Origin: Blastocatellia bacterium
GTDB lineage: Bacteria; Acidobacteriota; Blastocatellia; RBC074
Direction: 5' to 3'
Assembly: GCA_049318845.1 (NCBI GenBank)
Contig: JBMOFH010000003.1
Location: forward strand, 1 to 42,594
Length of the DNA stretch: 42,594 nucleotides
Each line of letters opens with the position of its first letter. Positions within the stretch are counted from its first letter, which is position 1. Below are positions 35,604 through 42,594 of this stretch, piece by piece. A model generated the notes under the pieces. It saw nothing but the letters and a program-made list of their open reading frames with translations, was not told the DNA's origin and did no database searches. The position numbers were made by a program, and so were the translations under genes.

Positions 35604-35857
35604 GGTCTTCTCCACAGGGTGCGTGCAGGGTGCTTGATTATTACGAAACGCGATTGTAGCACGGCGCGCCAAACACGATCGAATGTCGTCGGGTAATGGC
35701 AACTCAGTCGTCATCGCGCTATAATCCGCATCCGTTGTTGGCAGGCTCCGACCAGGCTGTTCGACTGCTCTGTTCTAATGTTCTGGCCTGGGCAGATATT
35801 GCCTCTTCATAACTGCTTTTACACAAAATAGACTGAAACCGAAACAAGGAGTTCAGA

Positions 35858-37657
35858 ATGACCATAAACGCGGTCCCGATCCTGATCGCCGTCCTTGGCA
35901 TCTATGCCATTGCATACCGTTATTACAGCGCATTTCTGGCGGCGAAGGTTATGGTGCTCGACGACACACGCGTTACGCCGGCACACCGGTTCAATGACGG
36001 ATCAAACTATACTCCAACCAACCGCTACATTTTGTGGGGGCATCATTTTGCGGCGATCAGCGGACCCGGACCGCTGATCGGTCCGGTGCTGGCGGCGCAG
36101 TTCGGTTTTCTGCCGGGGCTGATCTGGCTGATCGTCGGCGTGGTGATTGGCGGAGCGGTCCACGACTTCACCGTCCTTGTCGCCTCGATCCGTCACGATG
36201 GCAAGTCACTGGCCGAGATTGCACGGCACGAGATCGACCGTGTGACGGGGGCGGTGGCGACGATCGCGATCATCATCATCCTTTACGTCGCGCTTGCTGG
36301 GGTTGGCCTCGCCGTCGTTAACGCCCTCGCAGAGAGTCCGTGGGGACTCTTCACCATTGCGATGACGATTCCAATCGCCCTGGTGATGGGACTCTACATG
36401 TTCCGCTGGAACGGCGGCTCACATCGTGCCATCACCAACGCGACCATTGTCGGCGTCGCGCTGCTCGTGCTTGCAGTGGTCTATGGCAAGGTGGTTCAGG
36501 ACTCCGCCTATGGTCACTACTTTGAATTTGACAAGAATGGGATCACGCTGCTCGTTGCCGTTTATGGTTTCGTTGCCTCGGTTCTGCCGGTCTGGCTGCT
36601 GCTCGCGCCGCGCGACTATCTCAGTTCTTACATGAAACTTGGCTCGATCGCTTTTCTGGCGCTTGGGATCTTCTGGGTCATGCCGACACTGCGGATGCCG
36701 TCGGTCACCCCATTCATTGCTGGTGGCGGACCGATCATTCCGGGCAAGGTCTTTCCGTTCGTCTTCATTACCATTGCCTGCGGTGCGATCTCCGGTTTTC
36801 ACGCCCTTGTCTCCTCCGGAACGACACCAAAGATGATCGATAAGGAGTCGCACGCGCGCTCGATCGGCTATGGTGCAATGCTCTGCGAATCGATCGTCGG
36901 AGTGATGGCGCTGATCGCGGCGTCGTCGATGTTTCCACACGACTATTTCCAGATCAATGTCCCGGTCGAGGCCTTTGCGAAGATCGATGGCTCGCTGCGG
37001 GCGATGGGATTCAACGAATCGAATCTGGAGTCATTGACGCGTGCGGTTGGCGAGGAGCGGCTCGCCGGGCGGACCGGTGGCGCGGTGAGTCTCGCCGTCG
37101 GTATGGCGCAGATATTCTCCTCGATCCGTGGAATGGAGGGGCTCATGAGCTACTGGTACCACTTCGCGATCATGTTTGAGGCGCTCTTCATTCTGACGAC
37201 GGTCGATGCCGGAACACGCGTCGCGCGTTTTATGATGCACGAGTCACTGGGACTCATCCATCCGCGGTTCGCACGGACAGACTGGATCCCGGGCGCGATC
37301 CTGGCAAGCGTTCTGGCGGTCGTGCCCTGGGCCTATCTCATCTGGACCGGCTCGATCGCGACCATCTGGCCGCTATTCGGCATGGCCAATCAGATGCTCG
37401 CCTGCGTTGCCCTCTGCGTCGGAACGACCTGGATCATCAACCGCGGTCGGGCACGCTATGCGTGGGTGACGATACTTCCACTCTCGTTTTTGACGGTGAT
37501 CGAACTGACTGCCGGCTTTCAGAATATCCGGGATAATTATCTGCCGAAGGGGTTGTGGCTGAATATCGGAATTACCGCCTGCCTGATGGTTGGTCTGGTG
37601 ATCGTCATCGGCGGCTCGGTGGTCAGGTGGCGTGATAAGTTGAAAACGACTTCGTGA
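35858..37657 (+). CDS. cstA: Carbon starvation protein A family peptide/pyruvate transporter
   Basis: [63 protein letters not shown]. Confidence 0.96.
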   Translation: MTINAVPILIAVLGIYAIAYRYYSAFLAAKVMVLDDTRVTPAHRFNDGSNYTPTNRYILWGHHFAAISGPGPLIGPVLAAQFGFLPGLIWLIVGVVIGGAVHDFTVLVASIRHDGKSLAEIARHEIDRVTGAVATIAIIIILYVALAGVGLAVVNALAESPWGLFTIAMTIPIALVMGLYMFRWNGGSHRAITNATIVGVALLVLAVVYGKVVQDSAYGHYFEFDKNGITLLVAVYGFVASVLPVWLLLAPRDYLSSYMKLGSIAFLALGIFWVMPTLRMPSVTPFIAGGGPIIPGKVFPFVFITIACGAISGFHALVSSGTTPKMIDKESHARSIGYGAMLCESIVGVMALIAASSMFPHDYFQINVPVEAFAKIDGSLRAMGFNESNLESLTRAVGEERLAGRTGGAVSLAVGMAQIFSSIRGMEGLMSYWYHFAIMFEALFILTTVDAGTRVARFMMHESLGLIHPRFARTDWIPGAILASVLAVVPWAYLIWTGSIATIWPLFGMANQMLACVALCVGTTWIINRGRARYAWVTILPLSFLTVIELTAGFQNIRDNYLPKGLWLNIGITACLMVGLVIVIGGSVVRWRDKLKTTS

Positions 37658-37687
37658 TCGCCCTGGACAGACTGGCGGTCGCCGCGT

Positions 37688-37724
37688 CGGTCGGCGGGGC
37701 AGGGAACAATTGCCCCACCGACCG
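37688..37724. terminator. Hairpin between convergent cstA and tolC
   Basis: CGGTCGGCGGGGCA-9 nt-TGCCCCACCGACCG. Confidence 0.55.
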
Positions 37725-37753
37725 GATTTACGGTTGTCCCGCCTTCAAAACCC

Positions 37754-39334
37754 TCAAAATTGTACGGTTGCGACGCGATAGGTTGCCACCGCCTGCTGGT
37801 ATTCAGCCTGGATCTCAATCAGTTTTACGCGCGCCTCAGCGGTTGCACGTTCACGTTGGTTGACGAGGAAGAGCGTGCTGTCCCCAAGCGAAAAGCGTGT
37901 CCGCTCGCCCTCTTCGAGCCGGACGGCGAGCTCGACCTCTGACTGTGCGGCACCGTACCTTATTGACGCGGTATTGATTGCCGAGATGGCGTCCAGCACT
38001 TCGGTCGTGATCCGCTGGCGTTCGCCGGCGACATCGAGGGCCAGTTTCTGCAGTTTCAATCCAGCCTGTGCGATACGCCCCTCGGCCGCCCGTTGCCTGA
38101 CCGGCAGGCTGAAACTCGCTCCTGCCTTGACCGTGGTTCCAATCGAGCCGAATCCGGTATCTCGTCCGGGCATGAATGCCAGGTCAAGCTCCGGGAGTTT
38201 CTGATTGCGTGCCAGTTCAAGGTCGATCTGCGTGATATCGTTATTGATCGCCAGCGCCTTCATTTCCGGTCGCCGGTCAAGTGCGATCCGTTGTCCGAAC
38301 GCCGACTGCTCTTCGCTGTAAACGATCGGGGGCGGAGTGGTCGCCGGTACGTGCGTGGGCTGTGGAATTGGCGACGGCAGTCCGTTTGGCGACCAGAGGT
38401 AGATGGATAGCTTGAACGCACTCTTCTGCAGATCACGGTCGGCCTTGACCAGTCCACCCTGTCTTCGCTGAACCTCGAGATCTGCTTCGACCGAATCGAT
38501 TTCCGGAAGGTCGCCGGCTCCGACGCGATCGCGCACTGCACGGGCGCGGAATTCGGCGAGGCCGAGCAGGTCCCGCGCGACATCGAACTTTCTTTTACTG
38601 GCCACCCAATCCCAGTAAGAATCCGCCGCCTTGCGCAGCAGTTCGAGCCTTGTCAGTTGATAGTCGGTCTCGGCGAGAGGCTCGCCCAGAAAGGCCTGCC
38701 GCTCGGCCGCCGCCTTTTCGTTGATCCGGAAACCACGGAGCAGCGGAACCTTAAAGCTCAAAAAGTATTCGCCACCATCGCCGGTCGGTGAGAGTGGCGC
38801 TTTTATCTTCCCGATGTTGTAACGGGCTCCACCGCCGATCTTCACGCCGGAGCGCGTCAGAAACTCGACTCCGGCGTCGGTAAGGTTCGAGCTTCCGCTC
38901 TTTCCGCGCAGCGTCTTCGGATCGAACTCGGTGTTGAAGCGAAGGTAGTCATAACCGGCAAAGATGACCGGATCGAAGGCGCCCTGTTTCTCGAGCCGTT
39001 TCGCACTGGCGATTCGCCGCGAAACATCAGCACCACGAAGCTTCGGATGATAGAGGTCGATCGCATTGATCACCTCTTCCAGGGTCAGTGTTTGCGGTGT
39101 GGAGCCATCATCGTTTGTCGCATAGGGTAGTGGCGGATACCCGAGCCGCAGTCGCAGTGCCGACCGGACCGATTCGACCAGCGCGGTCGTTTCCGGACTG
39201 CCGATTACCGGCTGCGAAACAGTTGCCGATTGGGAACCATTTGCCGTTTGCGAATTGGCTGCCACTGGAATGAGACCGCTCACCATCACCGCCAGACAGA
39301 GCCGCTGAAATATTGGTGAAATGGGTGATTTCAT
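37754..39334 (-). CDS. TolC family outer-membrane efflux protein
   Basis: Signal peptide, two OEP repeats ([27 protein letters not shown]); start abuts the HlyD stop (TAGATG). Confidence 0.92.
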   Translation of the reverse strand: MKSPISPIFQRLCLAVMVSGLIPVAANSQTANGSQSATVSQPVIGSPETTALVESVRSALRLRLGYPPLPYATNDDGSTPQTLTLEEVINAIDLYHPKLRGADVSRRIASAKRLEKQGAFDPVIFAGYDYLRFNTEFDPKTLRGKSGSSNLTDAGVEFLTRSGVKIGGGARYNIGKIKAPLSPTGDGGEYFLSFKVPLLRGFRINEKAAAERQAFLGEPLAETDYQLTRLELLRKAADSYWDWVASKRKFDVARDLLGLAEFRARAVRDRVGAGDLPEIDSVEADLEVQRRQGGLVKADRDLQKSAFKLSIYLWSPNGLPSPIPQPTHVPATTPPPIVYSEEQSAFGQRIALDRRPEMKALAINNDITQIDLELARNQKLPELDLAFMPGRDTGFGSIGTTVKAGASFSLPVRQRAAEGRIAQAGLKLQKLALDVAGERQRITTEVLDAISAINTASIRYGAAQSEVELAVRLEEGERTRFSLGDSTLFLVNQRERATAEARVKLIEIQAEYQQAVATYRVATVQF

Positions 39335-40762
39335 CTACTTTTCGTCCTTCTCTTCGCTCGGTTTTTCCTTCTTTTCCTTGCCGGCGTCGAAAGTTACCTT
39401 TCTTTTTTCGCCTATCGGACCACGGTTGACCGTTGGTGGGAAGGCGTTGAACTGACGCCAGAGTTCAAACCCGATCGAGACGACATCGAGGAGCACCCAG
39501 CCATTCACCTCCGCCCCGGGTCGAAGCTGATCGAGGGCCGGCCAGGGTTCATCGCGGCCGCTTCGGATCGCCTCCTCATCCGGAACGATGATGATCCGGA
39601 AGCGGTTCTTTCCATCATCGACGGCATCCATGACCTTGACCCGACCAGCAAAGGTACCGACGGCGACCGATGGCCAGCCGACGAACTGGATTGCCGGCCA
39701 GCCAGCGAAATTGAGTCGAACCGACCGCCCAACCGAGACCAGTGGTGCGTCATAATCGGAAAGGTAGAGCTCGACGGCCTGATCCCCGGTCGACGGCACG
39801 AGCACCGCCAGCTCATCACCGGCCTTGACTGTCTCGCCAGTGCCGACACGCATGACGCGGACCAGCTTTCCATCGCGCGGTGCGGTTACCAGCCCTTGCT
39901 GGCCGCGCTGTGTGACGTTGCCGATGTCGATTGCCAGCTTCTGCAGGTCGCCATTCGTCTTCGCAATCGTTTCACGAACCGAGGCGACTGAGGCCCGCAG
40001 ACCGTTGACCTGGGCCGAGGTGTCATTGACGACGCGCTCACGGTCGAGACGCGCCACCTCGAGATCCTTTCGCGCGACATCCAGCGATGCCTGATTGCTC
40101 TCAAGGCGTGTCCGCGCCGTCACGATCTCCAGTTCCGCCAGTTCGAGGTCACGCTTCGAGCGCAATCCCTTTCGGAAGAGCTCCTCGACCCGCCGGAAAT
40201 TGAGATCCGACGTGACCAGGCTCTGCTGCGCCTGCTCGACATTCTGCTCTGCCACACGCAGACGGTCCTCCGACTGGCGCAGCCGCTGCTCGGCGGCCGG
40301 AATCGCGACGTTCCGTGACCTGCTGACGTCATTCATCTGATCATTGAGCGCAGTCTCGCGAACTGCTGACTGCTCAAGCCCGCCTTCGATGAAGTTGCGC
40401 TGCTCTTTCAGTCTCGGTATCTGATCGCTCGTCAGGAACTTCGAATCGATATCATCGATCTCTGCGATCACCTCACCGGCACTGACCGATTGCCCCTCGA
40501 CGACATTCCAGCGCACCAGCCGTCCCGGAATCTGGGCCTCGATGCTTTGCGGGCGATCCATCGGTGAGAATACGATTACACGGCCATAGCCGGTGACTGA
40601 CTGCTGCCACGGAACATAGACCAGGCTGATGGAGAGAAGCAGCAGCAGGACCAGAAGCGACACGGCGACCGGTCGAAGCGCACGTTGTGTCTCCATCATC
40701 TTCAGCGAAGTGATCCGCGGGTGATTCTTCAAGTCGGGCGGTGATTGATTTTGCTTATTCAT
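39335..40762 (-). CDS. HlyD family membrane fusion / secretion protein
   Basis: N-terminal [12 protein letters not shown], lipoyl half-motifs ([11 protein letters not shown]; [13 protein letters not shown]), long coiled coil, [11 protein letters not shown]. Confidence 0.92.
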   Translation of the reverse strand: MNKQNQSPPDLKNHPRITSLKMMETQRALRPVAVSLLVLLLLLSISLVYVPWQQSVTGYGRVIVFSPMDRPQSIEAQIPGRLVRWNVVEGQSVSAGEVIAEIDDIDSKFLTSDQIPRLKEQRNFIEGGLEQSAVRETALNDQMNDVSRSRNVAIPAAEQRLRQSEDRLRVAEQNVEQAQQSLVTSDLNFRRVEELFRKGLRSKRDLELAELEIVTARTRLESNQASLDVARKDLEVARLDRERVVNDTSAQVNGLRASVASVRETIAKTNGDLQKLAIDIGNVTQRGQQGLVTAPRDGKLVRVMRVGTGETVKAGDELAVLVPSTGDQAVELYLSDYDAPLVSVGRSVRLNFAGWPAIQFVGWPSVAVGTFAGRVKVMDAVDDGKNRFRIIIVPDEEAIRSGRDEPWPALDQLRPGAEVNGWVLLDVVSIGFELWRQFNAFPPTVNRGPIGEKRKVTFDAGKEKKEKPSEEKDEK

Positions 40763-40775
40763 ATGGTCTCTCTCT

Positions 40776-42542
40776 TCACCTCGCGCTCAGGGTTGGAAAT
40801 AGTCTGCGTAACTCACAGTCCGGCTCCGACAGGAGTGACTTCACCGACCCGGACTCGACAATGCGTCCCTTGGCGAGGACGTGAACCGTTTTTGTGCGCC
40901 TGACGATCTCGGGATCGTGTGAGATGTCAACGATCGTCCATCCGTATTCAGGCTTGAAAAGTTCATCGAGGATCGCCAGTTTGTCGTTCTCATCGACTCC
41001 GGTGAAGCCCTCGTCGAGGATCAGCAACTGTGGATGATTGACAATTGCGCGGGCGATCATAATTCGCTGCACCTGACCCCGCGAAAGATTACGCCCCTCG
41101 GTCACCAGTCTCGTCTGGAGCCCTTTCGGCAGTCGCGCCAGCTCTTCATCCAACTGGGCAACACCAATCGCCCATTGCAGATCCTCGTGGGATATCTCAT
41201 CTCTCCCCATCAGGATATTGTCCTCAATCGTGCCACCGAAGATTTCGTTAGTATCGCCAACCCGGCTCGTCGAGCGCCGCAGGCTGCCAAGGTTAAGGTC
41301 ACGAATGTCTACCCCGTTGATCTGCACCAGCCCGTGTGTCGGTTCATGGAGCCCGCACATCATCATTGCAAGTGTCGATTTTCCGACTCCACTCTTGCCG
41401 ACGAGGCTGATGTGCTCTCCCGAATCGACCGTCAGATCGAGGTTTGAGATGACCTCGTTCCTTCCATCATAAGAGAAGCGCACCTTGCGGCAATTGACCG
41501 TCGCGCCACTTGGATTGACCGCCATTTCGCGCCCCTTCGACCGCTCGATCGGCATGTCTGTCAGATGCCCGACCTTATCGAGCCCGGTCAGCAGATCGTA
41601 AAAAGATTCCATCATCCGAACCAGCTTCTCAAGCCCCTCGAGTGCCCCAACGACGACGATCTCCGACGCGACGACCTGCCCAAGTGTCAGCGATTGGTTG
41701 ATTACCAGCCAGCCGCCGATGGCCAGTACACCGGCACTCGCGATTGCCTGGAAGAAATATATTCCGAGTGCCTGCCGGAAGAGCACACTGAAATGGCTGC
41801 GCCGCGCCTGAACATAGTCGACGACCAGATTGTCGACCTTCATGAGCGAAAATCCGGGTGCGGCGTTCATCTTGAAACTGACGTGGCAGCGTGCCAGCTC
41901 CTCGAGCCAGTCGGCGACGTCATACTTGCTATAAGACTCCTGAATACTGGTTCTCAGTCCGCCGATCCCGAGAACCAGGATCACAAATCCGACGAAGAGC
42001 ATCAGAAAGACGGCAAAGGCGAGCAGGTATGGGCTGTTGAACGACATCAGTATCAGTGCCATCACCACCTGCAACGCCGCTCCCGGCCCGTCGAAGAGTA
42101 TCTTCGACATCGTTTTCTGGATCGTCAGCACGTCGAAGAAGCGGTTGATGAGCTGTGGCGAGAACTCACTCTCGATCACATCGTGCTCCACCTGCGGGAG
42201 ATGGTGCGCCAGATGGAGTGAGACCCGCGCAAAGATTCGTTGTTGCAGCTTTTCGAGGATGATCAGCTTCAGGACTCGCAGGATTCCGGCAAAGATCAGC
42301 GCCCCGAGCACTCCGAGTGTCAGCACAATCAGCGGTTGAATCAGGACACCGGCCGCAATCGTGTTGACCAGCGCCTGCGCCGCGAGCGGAACCGCCAGTG
42401 TCAGCAGTCCGATCAATACCGCGTAAATAATGATTACCCAGTAATCGGTTCGATCGAGCGCGATCAACCGCGCCAGGCGTTGATAGGGGGTCGGATGATC
42501 CGCATGCCCCGATCCGTTGTGATTCTGATGTGGCTCCGTCAC
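40776..42542 (-). CDS. Type I secretion-like ABC transporter (TMD + NBD)
   Basis: TM region, Walker A GKSGVGKS, signature LSRGQ, Walker B LILDE, ISHD switch. Confidence 0.93.
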   Translation of the reverse strand: MTEPHQNHNGSGHADHPTPYQRLARLIALDRTDYWVIIIYAVLIGLLTLAVPLAAQALVNTIAAGVLIQPLIVLTLGVLGALIFAGILRVLKLIILEKLQQRIFARVSLHLAHHLPQVEHDVIESEFSPQLINRFFDVLTIQKTMSKILFDGPGAALQVVMALILMSFNSPYLLAFAVFLMLFVGFVILVLGIGGLRTSIQESYSKYDVADWLEELARCHVSFKMNAAPGFSLMKVDNLVVDYVQARRSHFSVLFRQALGIYFFQAIASAGVLAIGGWLVINQSLTLGQVVASEIVVVGALEGLEKLVRMMESFYDLLTGLDKVGHLTDMPIERSKGREMAVNPSGATVNCRKVRFSYDGRNEVISNLDLTVDSGEHISLVGKSGVGKSTLAMMMCGLHEPTHGLVQINGVDIRDLNLGSLRRSTSRVGDTNEIFGGTIEDNILMGRDEISHEDLQWAIGVAQLDEELARLPKGLQTRLVTEGRNLSRGQVQRIMIARAIVNHPQLLILDEGFTGVDENDKLAILDELFKPEYGWTIVDISHDPEIVRRTKTVHVLAKGRIVESGSVKSLLSEPDCELRRLFPTLSAR

Positions 42543-42594
42543 TGTATTGCCTCACTTCCTCTGGTAACTTACTCTGATCGCAATCCCGATCCCT

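Noticed and set aside
37654-37863. Small ORF overlapping the cstA stop (possible YbdD/YjiX partner)
   Set aside because: No resemblance to that family; it runs through a terminator-like hairpin and into tolC on the opposite strand.

Overview
GC-rich bacterial chromosomal segment. The gene content (a Solibacter-type C-terminal Ig-like domain protein, an 'LPDFIC'-type hypothetical protein) suggests Acidobacteriota, possibly Blastocatellia-like; this is an inference. Most genes are housekeeping: ppk1, folE, rluB-ispH-rpsA-sppA-ihfB, rpmE-DUF1385-prfA-prmC, a TPR/SLT lytic transglycosylase, DUF47-pit, ftsK, prfB with its programmed +1 frameshift, a methylmalonyl-CoA mutase large subunit, cstA, and an ABC-HlyD-TolC exporter. 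I found no transposase, integrase, tRNA, rRNA or CRISPR array. The most notable non-obvious features are: (1) an AT-rich cluster of about 7 DnaA boxes plus an IHF-like site between ftsK and a degenerate hexulose-phosphate-synthase-like gene, with no dnaA in the window (candidate oriC or DARS/datA-like site); (2) an OafA-type acyltransferase-SGNH gene broken by one in-frame TAG at a conserved Trp; (3) a 6-copy ~26-bp tandem repeat ending in CACGGAA triplets; (4) several candidate structured RNAs around rpmE, rpsA and 28.9 kb.
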